Shown here: positions 16,051 through 26,188 of the stretch, piece by piece
How positions within the stretch are numbered: position 1 is the first letter of the stretch
Layout of the letters: the number at the start of each line of letters is the position of its first letter
IMG/VR virus record: IMGVR_UViG_3300036801_000157
Span: 1-62,439 of that record
Source of the DNA: a virus
Taxonomy: Duplodnaviria > Caudoviricetes
DNA: 62,439 nt
Strand: one strand, 5' to 3'
Position numbers and translations under genes: made by a program
The notes under the pieces: generated by a model
What the model was told of the DNA's origin: nothing
Database searches by the model: none
What the model saw: the letters and a program-made list of their open reading frames with translations, nothing else

Positions 16051-19000
16051 TTATTTATTCCAGCGGGGCCTGAGTCCAGTGCTCGAAGCTTGCCTCGCGA
16101 TCGCCGCGCGTTCGAGCGCTTTAGCCGTATCCTCCGGCGCAGTCAGGCCCCTGAACGTCTGATCCCCGATCGTAAGATTGATCGTGCGCGTGCTCTGTTG
16201 CGTGCTGTTCGAACCGACTACGATACCGCCGCCGGCAAACCCGGGCAACGTAATCCGAGGCATGAACGATATCTGATTGAATCCGCCATTGCGAAACCCA
16301 TCCAACGGCATTCTCAGATTATTTAAAAGATCGAACAGACCGACGCCGTACTTCTGCACCGCAGCCGCTTTCATCACGAATTCGCCGTTTGACAGCCACG
16401 ATAGTATACTGTCCGACGTTCCGCTGCCGGCACCACTGACAAAGCCGCCCGATGCATGGCTGCCAGCGCTCGACGCAGCTGCTGCCGCCGAGCTGGCCGC
16501 TGCTGCCGCCGAGCGAGCCGCGTCGTTCGCCGAGCTTGCCGCCGCTGCCGCCGAGCTGGCCGCATCGCTAGCCGAATTCGCCGCATCGCTGGCGGCCGTC
16601 GCCGCATCGGTGGCAGCCTGCTGCGCCGTCTGCAATCCTGCCTGGGCGTTGCTCACCGCCTCCGTGATCTGCTCCCCAGCGCTCGTTACCTGACTCAATA
16701 AATCTGTGAATATCGATGAAACCTGCTGTGCCGTGCTCTGCGCCGCGAAGATGATGGCGCTGAAGTCGGGCGGCTGCGGCGGCGGGATGATGATGTTGCT
16801 GAACGCCTGCGCAACCTGCTGCGCCGCCTGCCGGGCGGCGTTGATAATGGCGTTGAAGTCGGGCGAGCCGGAAAACTCCGGATGAATGTTCTGGAACACG
16901 GCTTCGATCTCGTTCGCCGCACTTCGCGCCGCGTCAATGATGTTGTCGAAATTCAGCTTGCCGGAAAACTCAGGCTTGATTTTCTGAAATATCGCCTCGA
17001 CCTCGTTGGCCGCGCTGCGTGCCGCGTCAATGACGCCACTGAAGTCCAGGCCACCCTTGAATTCTGGCTTGATGTCGTTGAAGACGGCCTCGACCTCGTT
17101 GGCCGCGCTTCTGGCCGCATCGATCACACTAGCGAAGTCCAGCCCGCCCCTGAACTCTGGTTTGATGTCGTTGAAAACAGCTTCGATCTCGTTGGCCGCG
17201 CTTCTGGCCGCATCGATCACACTAGCGAAGTCCAGCCCGCCCTTGAACTCAGGCTTGATGTTGTTGAAAACGGCTTCGATCTCGTTCGCCGCGCTTCTCG
17301 CCGCGTCGACGATGCTGTCGAAATTAAGCGACCCAGAGAACTCCGGCTTGATGTTCTGAAATACGGCTTCGATCTCGTTGGCCGCCTTCTCGGCCGCCTG
17401 CACGAGATTCGAAAATTCACCGGCGCCGCTTGGGTCGACATCTGGCTTGATCTTCAATGCGTCATTGATCCCTTTTCCTATCTTCTCGGCCTCAGTCACA
17501 AGCTGCTGGCCGGATTGATTGAGCTCTGCCGCGCCGGCGCTCATGTCGAAAAGCTTGCCGAAGAAGCCCTTGATCCCCTGTAGCGCGTTCTTGATCTTCT
17601 CTAAGAAACTGGTGGTGTCAGGTGGCTCAAGCTTGGGCGCCGGAATAGTTTCCTTGCCAAGAGCTTGTAATTTCTGTTTGTAGGCTGCGATTGCCTTGTC
17701 GGTTTCGGTTGTATCAAATCCAGCCGCCTTCAATTGGATTCGTATGTTCTGCAAGTCTTCGATCTTTCTCCTGATCTCCTCGGCTGTTTCCTTCGCGTCG
17801 CCTTCGAGCGAAACCTTTGGTGAAGCCGTTATATTGTTTAAGGCTTCGATCTCTCTCCCGAGCTCGTCGGCTTCTTGCTTCGCCTCTTTCCCGCCTTCGA
17901 GCGAAACCTTTGGTGAAACCGTTATATTGTTTAACTGCTTGATTTTCTCGGCATATTCATTGAAAGAAATTATTCCAGCTTGCCACATATATCTCAAACG
18001 ATCAGCAGTATTGCCTTCAGGATGCGACGCGTAAAATTCCTTAATTTTTGAGGCATATTGATCAAAAGAAATTATGCCGTCCTGCCACATCTTGAAGATA
18101 TCACCAGAACTGGCAGGCTTGATCTGGTTCAATTCCTGAAGCTTACTCTTGTATTGATCTACGCCAATTATGCCGTCCTGCCACATTTGCCTGAGTCCAG
18201 CCGCCGTGGCCTGCAACGCGCTGGTATCAGGCGACGGAAGCTTGATCGGGATTTGCAGCTTTTGATTGGCATCGTTGAATTTCTGAAGTACCGCATCGAT
18301 TGCCTTGTTGGCTTCCGTCGGGTCGCCGCCGATCTTTATTATATTGTCTCGCTTGCTTATGAGATTGATCAGCTCGTCGCCCAGCGCGCTGATTTGCCGC
18401 CTGGCCTCCTCAACGCCTTTAGCGCCGAGCGTGATTTCGGCCTTCTGGGCGGTGATCCTTTCCAGTTGGCCTTGTAAATCGGCAAGCTCTTTTTTGGCGT
18501 CAGTCGTATCTGCGCCGATCTTTACTTTCGCATCTATCTTGGTCGTAACTTCGGCTATCTTGCTTTTGATTTCGCTGGCTCTTTGATCGAGAGCCGCGAG
18601 GTCGGCGTCGACTTTAATTTGAAGATGCGTCTTGTTGACTTCGTCGGCAAACGCCTTCAGATCGGCCTTGATTTGCTCGAATGGCTTTTGCTTGGCAAGA
18701 CCGCTCAATATGATCCCAAACGCGCGGACCTGTTCTGTCGCAGTCAAGGAGGAAAGACCAGTCTCCTTGACAGCAGCGGCCGCAGCCTGAATATTCTTTA
18801 CATCTTCAACTGGGATTTTGAACGCTTGGCTGATCAAAGCTGGATCAACACCTTGTAATGCGCCCACTAAATCTGTAATAGCCTTTTGAACATTGCCGCC
18901 ACTTTTCACTATCTCGTCAAGCGCCACACGCGCAGCCGCGATCTTGCTGGTGCCTTCCGTCATTGAATCGAATGTGATGCCTTTGATGCCGTTGACGACA

Positions 19001-20709
19001 TCCTCCATCTTTTTGACAAGCGTCGACATGTCATTCGCTACAGCGGTCGCCGCCGCAGATGATTTTCCAGCGAGATCGTCAAAGGCTTGCTTTGCAGGCG
19101 TTGTCGCCTCAGCAAGCTGGCGTATGACATCCTGAAGCTTCTGGTAATTTTCGACGGATTGTTTCGGGCCGCCCAGTTGCTCCGCCTTCTGTTCGGCCTC
19201 CAGCCAATTCTTGGTCGCCTCCAAGGCGGCGATGTGCGATTTGGCGACTTGATCGCCCATCGCAGCTACTTTTGCGCTATTGGCTTCGAGATTGCCCAAC
19301 GCCGCAACGTAGCCTGCAGCGCTCCCGCCTGCAGCGATGAAAGCATCCTGCTGCTTGCGAAGGGCATCCGTCGTTTGCCCGGTAGCGTCAGCGAGGCTTT
19401 TCAGGGCGATTTCATTCTCGCGGATTTTGTCGATCCATCCCGAGATCGCCGAGACGACACCAGTTATGACAGGTATTAAAAGGCTGATGCCTGCGCTGAA
19501 CCCGGCGAGCGCAAGGCTGAGCGGCGCGAACGCCGCGGCTACCCCATTGGCCGCAGTTGCGATCGCGCCGATCTTCCCAGGAATTCCACCGGCGACACCG
19601 GCGAGATTGTTGAGGCCCGAAAGAGCGGTCGTCGCGCCCGTCGCAAAAGTCGATAACGCCGGCCCGACCTGCTGCAGGCTCGTCGCCACTTGCGTGAAGC
19701 CTTGCTGCGTCGCCGTAGCCGATTGCGTCACGGTCGTCAGGGCGCCTGATACGGTCTTGCCCGCGTCCGCCACCGTCGTCATCGCGCTGGCGACCGTCGT
19801 TCCGGTTTCGCCGAACTTACCGACCGTGCCAGCAGCGGTCGTGAGTTTGTCGGTCAGACCGCTGATCGCCGTCGCAGCGCCGCCGGTGACATCGGCGACC
19901 TTGCCGATGGCGCCGGACGCGTTCCCGACAGCATCACCGACCTTACTGACCCCATCAGCAGCTTTTTGACCTACGTCAACGACTTTCCCAAGTCCATCAG
20001 CGGCCTTGCTGCCGGCATCGCTGGCTTTGCCTAGTCCATCCGCGGCCTTGCCAGTCCCATCGGCGATCTTCCCGACGCCCTCGCCGGCTTTCGCCCCGGC
20101 ATCGGCGATCTTGCCGAGTCCATCCGCGGCCTTGCCGCCCGCCTCCCCGATCTTGCCGAGAGCTTCTGTCGCCTTGTTTCCGCCATCGGCGATCTTGCCA
20201 AGATTGTCGGACGCCTTGCCAGCCGCCTCGCCGGCCTTGTCTAATCCACTCGATGCCTTATCGGTCCCTTCCCCAATCTTCGAAACGCTGTCGCCAACCT
20301 TGCCGGCAGCATCGCCTATCTTCCCAATGCCTTCGCCAGCCTTAGAGGCCGACTCGCCTATCTTTGAAATACCGTCACTGGCCTTCGAGACAGAATCACC
20401 GACCTTTGAAATGTCGTCGCCGGCCTTCGAGGCCGCATCGCCAATCTTCGTAATGCCTTCCCCAGCCCCGCCGAGCGTCGAGAGCTTTTCGCCGATCCCG
20501 GAGGCCGCCTCGCCGATCTTGCCGATCTGTTCGGCCGCCTGCGCTGCCGCCTCGCCGGCCTTCTCAAGACCAGTGCCGCCGCCCTCGCCAGCCTTTTCAA
20601 TCTGCTGCGACGCCTCGTCCGCGGCATCGCCGACAGCCTTGAACTGCTGGGCAGCCTCGTCGGCGCCAGTTGTTGTTATAGTGATTTTCTGAACGACATC
20701 ATCGGCCAT
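16051..20709 (-). CDS. Tail tape measure protein
   Basis: 1552 aa Ala/Gly-rich; C-terminal HASGGFVSG.G.GTSDSI..WLSNGEFV motif; position. Confidence 0.9.
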   Translation of the reverse strand: MADDVVQKITITTTGADEAAQQFKAVGDAADEASQQIEKAGEGGGTGLEKAGEAAAQAAEQIGKIGEAASGIGEKLSTLGGAGEGITKIGDAASKAGDDISKVGDSVSKASDGISKIGESASKAGEGIGKIGDAAGKVGDSVSKIGEGTDKASSGLDKAGEAAGKASDNLGKIADGGNKATEALGKIGEAGGKAADGLGKIADAGAKAGEGVGKIADGTGKAADGLGKASDAGSKAADGLGKVVDVGQKAADGVSKVGDAVGNASGAIGKVADVTGGAATAISGLTDKLTTAAGTVGKFGETGTTVASAMTTVADAGKTVSGALTTVTQSATATQQGFTQVATSLQQVGPALSTFATGATTALSGLNNLAGVAGGIPGKIGAIATAANGVAAAFAPLSLALAGFSAGISLLIPVITGVVSAISGWIDKIRENEIALKSLADATGQTTDALRKQQDAFIAAGGSAAGYVAALGNLEANSAKVAAMGDQVAKSHIAALEATKNWLEAEQKAEQLGGPKQSVENYQKLQDVIRQLAEATTPAKQAFDDLAGKSSAAATAVANDMSTLVKKMEDVVNGIKGITFDSMTEGTSKIAAARVALDEIVKSGGNVQKAITDLVGALQGVDPALISQAFKIPVEDVKNIQAAAAAVKETGLSSLTATEQVRAFGIILSGLAKQKPFEQIKADLKAFADEVNKTHLQIKVDADLAALDQRASEIKSKIAEVTTKIDAKVKIGADTTDAKKELADLQGQLERITAQKAEITLGAKGVEEARRQISALGDELINLISKRDNIIKIGGDPTEANKAIDAVLQKFNDANQKLQIPIKLPSPDTSALQATAAGLRQMWQDGIIGVDQYKSKLQELNQIKPASSGDIFKMWQDGIISFDQYASKIKEFYASHPEGNTADRLRYMWQAGIISFNEYAEKIKQLNNITVSPKVSLEGGKEAKQEADELGREIEALNNITASPKVSLEGDAKETAEEIRRKIEDLQNIRIQLKAAGFDTTETDKAIAAYKQKLQALGKETIPAPKLEPPDTTSFLEKIKNALQGIKGFFGKLFDMSAGAAELNQSGQQLVTEAEKIGKGINDALKIKPDVDPSGAGEFSNLVQAAEKAANEIEAVFQNIKPEFSGSLNFDSIVDAARSAANEIEAVFNNIKPEFKGGLDFASVIDAARSAANEIEAVFNDIKPEFRGGLDFASVIDAARSAANEVEAVFNDIKPEFKGGLDFSGVIDAARSAANEVEAIFQKIKPEFSGKLNFDNIIDAARSAANEIEAVFQNIHPEFSGSPDFNAIINAARQAAQQVAQAFSNIIIPPPQPPDFSAIIFAAQSTAQQVSSIFTDLLSQVTSAGEQITEAVSNAQAGLQTAQQAATDAATAASDAANSASDAASSAAAAASSANDAARSAAAAASSAAAAASSAGSHASGGFVSGAGSGTSDSILSWLSNGEFVMKAAAVQKYGVGLFDLLNNLRMPLDGFRNGGFNQISFMPRITLPGFAGGGIVVGSNSTQQSTRTINLTIGDQTFRGLTAPEDTAKALERAAIARQASSTGLRPRWNK
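16860..17420 (-). repeat. 93-bp (31-aa) tandem coding repeats in tape measure
   Basis: AARSAANEIEAVF.DIKPEF.G.LDF repeated about 6 times. Confidence 0.85.
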
Positions 20710-20712
20710 GTG

Positions 20713-21243
20713 TTAAGTTCCTGCCATCTCAACGCGGAACAGTGCACCAAGCGTCTTCGCCTCGGCTTGAGCGATTTCTATGAGGTGAAACTTTTTGGGG
20801 ATCGTAACCTGAGTCTGGCCGTGGTATTCGACGGTCTTGGTATCCGCCGACAGCAGCAACGGCGCGCCGCCGCCCTTACGGTCAACACGAAAAAGGCGCC
20901 CCCCGAACTCGCTCGCTCGCGGGCCGCCTTCTTTCATTGGAATCCACAACAGCGGCCGACCATGGATGACCGCGCCGAATTGAAAAACAGTCCAATACGG
21001 AACCGCCTGGCTGAGTGTAACCGTGCGCTCAGCCCCTTCGCCGCCGACTTCCGCGGTAAGACCTTGCGTCCATCGCACGCCAAACTTGCCGGCACTTGAA
21101 ATATCGTCGCGGCCTTTCTGCAAAATATTGTCGGCGAGCTTCTGGGTGGCGGCTTCAGTCGCCTTCGCAATGCGCTGCTTTATCGCCTCCCCTTGCGCGT
21201 CAAGCTGCGGCTTAATCGAAGCCGGGACTACTGTCACAGGCAT
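20713..21243 (-). CDS. Putative neck/tail completion protein (HK97 gp10-like)
   Basis: PYW.VFQFGAVI motif; size and position. Confidence 0.6.
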   Translation of the reverse strand: MPVTVVPASIKPQLDAQGEAIKQRIAKATEAATQKLADNILQKGRDDISSAGKFGVRWTQGLTAEVGGEGAERTVTLSQAVPYWTVFQFGAVIHGRPLLWIPMKEGGPRASEFGGRLFRVDRKGGGAPLLLSADTKTVEYHGQTQVTIPKKFHLIEIAQAEAKTLGALFRVEMAGT

Positions 21244-21392
21244 GCGTCATCGTCCATTGCCAGCGGCAAACGCCAGCAACGCGCCGTGATATTCGCGCGC
21301 TGGCTCGATATCCGCATGTGCGTTTCTCAATCTGATGTAATCGTCAGCCGCCACGCGCATGCGCTCGCGCTCGATCAGATCGCACCACGCGA

Positions 21393-21902
21393 TCAATTGG
21401 CGCGGCGTGCACGCCCATGCAGCATTCCCGGCGTGTCCATTTGCAATGAGGCGTTGAATGGCGCAGGCGAGCTGGTCGTCGAGCTTGCGGAGGGATTCGG
21501 CGAGCCAGTCTTCGGCAGCGCCACCGACATCTCCGAAGTCGACGTCATGAGCTTGGTCACCCCGTCCACGAAAGGGCCAATCCCGTTTGGGAACGACAGC
21601 CGTTGCATCGCCAGCATGATCGCCAGCTGATCGCCAGCCCCCAGCGCCATCGCCTGCATCTCGGCCTGCTTGTCGTGCGGACTCCCGGTCACCATCGCGA
21701 TGATCTTCGCGATCAGCTCCGGCGCGAGCGACAGGAAGATTTCCTTCGGATCGCCATTCTTGTTGTCGAGCAATTTCCGCATGTCAGGAAAGTCGTTGAA
21801 AAGCTGGAATAGGTGCCCGGCGCTGAGGCCTTGCACAGTCAGCTTCACGCCATGAATTTCCACGTCCTCCGTCAGCGGACCGATGTCGAGGAGACTTGCC
21901 AT
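21393..21902 (-). CDS. Tail assembly chaperone G; -1 frameshift product GT ends at 21247
   Basis: Between tail tube and tape measure; in-frame C CCT TTC heptamer at 21570-21576; -1 frame open to TGA at 21247. Confidence 0.75.
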   Translation of the reverse strand: MASLLDIGPLTEDVEIHGVKLTVQGLSAGHLFQLFNDFPDMRKLLDNKNGDPKEIFLSLAPELIAKIIAMVTGSPHDKQAEMQAMALGAGDQLAIMLAMQRLSFPNGIGPFVDGVTKLMTSTSEMSVALPKTGSPNPSASSTTSSPAPFNASLQMDTPGMLHGRARRAN

Positions 21903-21918
21903 GTCGATTACTCCATTT

Positions 21919-22737
21919 TCAAGTTGTGATGGTGCCGGTCTCAGGGCTGACGACTGGCGTTGATGCACCGATCGAATTGGTGCCTGTGACCGTAACCGTC
22001 GCCGTCTTGGTGGCATCGCCGGTGACGACAGTATATGTCTTAGTGTTGACTGGAGTCCCTCCAGGCGTGGTGCCGCCAACTTTCCATAAATAACCATAAC
22101 TCGCAACGCCGATCCAGCCGCCGGTGTTGGCCGTGAGCACGTCGCCGACTTTCGGCGCGCCAGCCGTGCCGGTGCCGCCAGTGACGAAAGGCGGCATCAC
22201 GTTCTCAGGAATGACCGTGCTGACCGGCGGCTTCAGCGTCATGGTGCCGAACACGCCGCCGACCGCCTGCACCGTCCCAGTCACAGGCAATTTGGCGAAC
22301 GTGGTCCCGATCGGCGAGAAGTCGCCGGACGGATTGAATTTCACCGAAAGCAGATCGACATACCAGCGCGGACCCACCTCGTTGGTCGCGTAATATTTCA
22401 ACTCGCCGCTCAGCGAATCGCGCGAGAAAATATTGACGGTCGGATTGCCGTCCACATCCAACGTCACATCGCCAAGCACCAACATCGCAAGGTTCTGCGC
22501 AGTCAACTCCTCCATGTCCATCTTCACCTCGCCAGACTTCTCCAGCGTGATGGACAAATCCTTCAACTGCGTACCCTCCATCGCCGAAAAGTGGTCGAGG
22601 GTCGTAATCTTGGGAGTGAATGTAAAAGTCGGCACATTGCCGACGTGATAGAAGTCGAGCGCGTCTTCGGGTTTGAACAGGATAAAGCCCTTCCCAACGG
22701 CCAAGTTTTTTACATCAGGTGAGAGGATTCCGGCCAT
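21919..22737 (-). CDS. Major tail tube protein with C-terminal Ig-like domain
   Basis: VGKG...HVGNVP.F.F, PKVGDVLTA..G.W.G..SY.Y.W; GGAGG RBS. Confidence 0.85.
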   Translation of the reverse strand: MAGILSPDVKNLAVGKGFILFKPEDALDFYHVGNVPTFTFTPKITTLDHFSAMEGTQLKDLSITLEKSGEVKMDMEELTAQNLAMLVLGDVTLDVDGNPTVNIFSRDSLSGELKYYATNEVGPRWYVDLLSVKFNPSGDFSPIGTTFAKLPVTGTVQAVGGVFGTMTLKPPVSTVIPENVMPPFVTGGTGTAGAPKVGDVLTANTGGWIGVASYGYLWKVGGTTPGGTPVNTKTYTVVTGDATKTATVTVTGTNSIGASTPVVSPETGTITT

Positions 22738-22848
22738 TTGTAGCCTCCTTTGTTGATGTTGTCTAAGTGGTGTTGTGATATCATGCGGAACGCCCGTCCC
22801 CCGGTAAGAGAACGGGCGCTCCTATCCACCGAAGCAAGGGACGCTCCG

Positions 22849-23409
22849 ATGAAATCCAAGCGCAAGCGTACTAAGATTCTGCCTTCCGTCGAATACCTAC
22901 GAGCCTGCTTCGAATGCGATCCTGCCACCGACATCCTGCGGTGGAAGCCTCGGCCGCAAAAACATTTTCCCGACGCGGGAACGTGGGCGAGCTGGAACAG
23001 TCGATATGCAGGCAAGATTGCTGGCACCATCCAACAAAATGGACGACGCAGCATTCTCATCAACCGCCGTCCTTATTTGGCGCATCGAATCGGCTGGAAG
23101 CTCCGTACGGGACGAGAACCCCCAGCAAGCATCGATCACAAGGATAGAGATTACACCAACGACGTTCAGCGCAATCTTCGCGCTGCGACGAGACAACAGC
23201 AACGCTGGAACTCACGTCCTCAGAAGAGCATTTCCGGCTATCGATGCGTCTACCGCAACAAGAAAAAATGGCAGGCGTTGATCCACATGAACGGTCACAA
23301 CCGTTCTCTCGGCTATTACGCCACACCAAAAGAAGCCTCGGCCATCGTCGAACCATTTCTTCGCAAGCTTCACGGCGCCTTCTACAGATCGCCTGGGTTC
23401 AGAACATAG
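22849..23409 (+). CDS. HNH homing endonuclease with AP2-like C-terminus
   Basis: YLAHRIGW, IDHKDR...NLR.AT, SGYRCV...KWQALI...LGYY.T..EA; antisense insertion in the tail operon. Confidence 0.85.
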   Translation: MKSKRKRTKILPSVEYLRACFECDPATDILRWKPRPQKHFPDAGTWASWNSRYAGKIAGTIQQNGRRSILINRRPYLAHRIGWKLRTGREPPASIDHKDRDYTNDVQRNLRAATRQQQRWNSRPQKSISGYRCVYRNKKKWQALIHMNGHNRSLGYYATPKEASAIVEPFLRKLHGAFYRSPGFRT

Positions 23410-23855
23410 TTGAGGCTTAGCGCGAGTTGCATCTGGCCCAGCATGGTGCTGCCCGTCTGCATATCTGTGTCACCGCTAAGATACTGCAGCTCGCCATTCG
23501 ACCCGAGGAGTCCGAACAGCTCCTCGTCCGTCGAAAAAGCTTTCAGCAGCTTCACGCGGTAGGCCGACAGCGCTTCGCCGATGCCTTCGTTGCTGGCGTC
23601 CGGCGTCGGTTTGAGGACCGCGAATACCTGCGGCGACAGCGTGAATATCGTCGGCACGAGGATGCCGCCCTTGCCGGCGGCGGACACTGCGATCGCCTCG
23701 CGGCCGTCGAGCAGGACCAGCGCCGGCATTTTCTCAATCGGGATTTCACCGCGATTGCGGAAGACGAACGGCGCGTCCGTGGTGAACGTGTCGGCCACTG
23801 CCTGCAGAATCGCGAGCATGCGCTGGAGAATGGCCTCGCGCTTGTCGAACGACAT
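23382..23855 (-). CDS. Tail terminator-like protein
   Basis: DKREAIL..., position just before tail tube. Confidence 0.65.
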   Translation of the reverse strand: MSFDKREAILQRMLAILQAVADTFTTDAPFVFRNRGEIPIEKMPALVLLDGREAIAVSAAGKGGILVPTIFTLSPQVFAVLKPTPDASNEGIGEALSAYRVKLLKAFSTDEELFGLLGSNGELQYLSGDTDMQTGSTMLGQMQLALSLNYVLNPGDL

Positions 23856-24196
23856 CACCGCCTCGTGGCCAATTCCCAATACAGCACGACGCCGGCCGGC
23901 GCGATCTTGCCGATCGGCGCCACCAGGCGCAGGTCTTCCTGCGTTCCCATTTCCGGATCAGTCCACACCAGACGATCCTGTTCGGCGTCTGGCGGCACCG
24001 TCAGGCCTTCGGTCGACACCAGGAAGGTCCGATCCGGCATGTTTCGAAGCTGACCTGGATTGCTGCGCGGCAGAAAATCGACCATGCAGGCAATGCAGTT
24101 GCGGTCACCGCTGGCGCGCCGCAGAATGGCTGGCGCGCCAAATTTCGTGATCATTCTAGTTGCCGTGGCGCGGCTGCTTGCCCAATCGTATCCCAT
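23855..24196 (-). CDS. Head closure protein
   Basis: A..MI.KFG...LRR pattern; size and position. Confidence 0.65.
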   Translation of the reverse strand: MGYDWASSRATATRMITKFGAPAILRRASGDRNCIACMVDFLPRSNPGQLRNMPDRTFLVSTEGLTVPPDAEQDRLVWTDPEMGTQEDLRLVAPIGKIAPAGVVLYWELATRR

Positions 24197-24912
24197 CAGC
24201 AGATCGTTATGCCAGTCCCTTGGGCCGTCAATAGGTTATCGAAAATCAAGCCGTACGTCGTCGAGCCGAGCGCGCCAGGAGTGGTGGCCGCCGCAGTGTT
24301 GCCGCTGGCGTAGCTCACCGAAATTCGGCCGATCGTCTCGGAGGATACCACGCGTCCGACGCCTGTCGCCGCCCCGGAGCCGGATGCGCTCAATGCCATG
24401 AAGTGCGCGGCGAGCCACATGGTGGCTGAACTTTCTTGATCTCCCCAGCTATCGTCGACGAACTGGCTGGCCTGATCGAGTGCGATCTGCACCGTGGTGT
24501 CGTCCACCGCGGAAAATTCAGGGAACATGGCCTTGAATGCGGCAACGTTCGGCACGACGGTCGGATCGATGACCGTCATGAGGCCGATCGTAGTGGTGAT
24601 CAGCTCACCGTGGTCTGCGACGATGCGCACCTCGTGATAGTAATTGCCGCTCAGCCCGTCGACATCCTCGCCCGAGATCGTGACGGTGAACTGCATGAGC
24701 AGCGGATCGGTGATCTCTACGCCCGTGCCAATGCTCTTAGTGATCAACGGCGCCGTCATGTCCGGCACGCCGAGCATCTGCGCATAAGCGGCCCACGTGA
24801 GGTCTTGGACGAATTCCAAATTGATCGCGTCGGCGTCGTCCGGCCCGAGGTCGAACAGTACGTCCGTATCGTTATCAGCGTAGAGGCTGAAATTTTGGTT
24901 GATCAAAGGCAT
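24196..24912 (-). CDS. Head-tail adaptor (DUF4054-like) with N-terminal BppU-like domain
   Basis: FKAMFPEF, LAAHF, SET.G.ISVSY, STTYG; N-terminal GNYYHEV. Confidence 0.75.
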   Translation of the reverse strand: MPLINQNFSLYADNDTDVLFDLGPDDADAINLEFVQDLTWAAYAQMLGVPDMTAPLITKSIGTGVEITDPLLMQFTVTISGEDVDGLSGNYYHEVRIVADHGELITTTIGLMTVIDPTVVPNVAAFKAMFPEFSAVDDTTVQIALDQASQFVDDSWGDQESSATMWLAAHFMALSASGSGAATGVGRVVSSETIGRISVSYASGNTAAATTPGALGSTTYGLIFDNLLTAQGTGITIC

Positions 24913-24928
24913 GAGAGCTTTGTCTCCT

Positions 24929-26188
24929 TTATCGCCTGACGGTTCCGATCAAAACCTTCGTCTTGCGTTGAACGCTGCCGACGAGACTTCGCCGCGTCTT
25001 GACACTTCCGGTCAACCTCCGCCGATCGATGACTGTGCCGACGAGCACGCCGGGCGGCTGCGGGACCGGAATGCCGCCTTCGACAGAGTGAACGAAAAAC
25101 GGATAATCTTGAATGTGATCGTCCTCGACGAATATGTCAGGCTGCAAACCGTTGAACGTGTGAAGCACAACACTGAATATTTGATCAACGTCATCGACGA
25201 ATTTCGCGAAAACCTTCCAGCCCACATCTGCCGCCGGGATCGCGTCGGCGTCCGCCACGAGCTGCGGCAACAAGAACAACGACAGCGTCGGCCCATAGAC
25301 AACATCGTCGTCCTGCACCGATCCCAGCGGCACCGATCTACCGATGTTGGCGGCCGGGAAAATGTCGGCATCGAAGACGAAAGGTGCGCTCAGGCCATAG
25401 TACGCGAAGACGATCGGCGCAAAGAAGGCATCATTGTCGACCACCAGCCGCGGCGACATCGATAACCGCGCGGCGTAGATCGTATCGATATCCTGAACGT
25501 TCGGCGCACGAAGCGTCTGCTGTTTCGGCAACTTCGCCGTGTCGATCGAATATGCCGGATAGACCGTCTCGGGATCGACGAACAGAGCCGGCCGTAGGAC
25601 GCGATCCTGGATGGCGGCCGCCGCATAAATCACATCAACGTCAATAACTTTGGACGGAAATAGCGTGACCGCGCCAGCCGCCACACTCGCCGCATAGACG
25701 ACATCGATATCGGTCAGTAGCGCTGGCAACAGGAACTGCAGAACATTCCTGATGCTCGCGGCATAGATCGTGTCGGCGTCGACGAAAAACGCCCCAACCA
25801 GCGCGCCAGCCGGAGCCGCCGTGACACCTGGCACATAGAAAACGTCCGCGTCGGTGACAAGCGCAGGCAATAACGTCGCGACACCGGCCGCAACGGCAGG
25901 CGTATAAATTACATCAGAGTCGGCGACGAACGGCGGCAGCAGAGTGACCGCGCCGGCCGCCATCGTCGGCGCATAGATAATATCGGCATCGACAACAACG
26001 GTTGGCAACAGAGTCGAAAGGCCAGCCACTGCTGGCGCATAGACGATATCGGCGTCGCTGACGAGACCGGCGAGCGCCACCTGCGTCGGCGGACCCAACG
26101 TGACGATCGGCACATCCGGAGCGAGAGTAACCGTGCCGGCGTCGGTGACGAATGCGGCGCCGTAAAATCCGACGAGATAGCCGGTCAA
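24929..26188 (-). CDS. Virion protein with about 23-aa D.D.IYAP repeats
   Basis: Repeated L.P....DADxxY.P.V; TTG start overlapping the upstream stop (inferred). Confidence 0.65.
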   Translation of the reverse strand: MTGYLVGFYGAAFVTDAGTVTLAPDVPIVTLGPPTQVALAGLVSDADIVYAPAVAGLSTLLPTVVVDADIIYAPTMAAGAVTLLPPFVADSDVIYTPAVAAGVATLLPALVTDADVFYVPGVTAAPAGALVGAFFVDADTIYAASIRNVLQFLLPALLTDIDVVYAASVAAGAVTLFPSKVIDVDVIYAAAAIQDRVLRPALFVDPETVYPAYSIDTAKLPKQQTLRAPNVQDIDTIYAARLSMSPRLVVDNDAFFAPIVFAYYGLSAPFVFDADIFPAANIGRSVPLGSVQDDDVVYGPTLSLFLLPQLVADADAIPAADVGWKVFAKFVDDVDQIFSVVLHTFNGLQPDIFVEDDHIQDYPFFVHSVEGGIPVPQPPGVLVGTVIDRRRLTGSVKTRRSLVGSVQRKTKVLIGTVRR

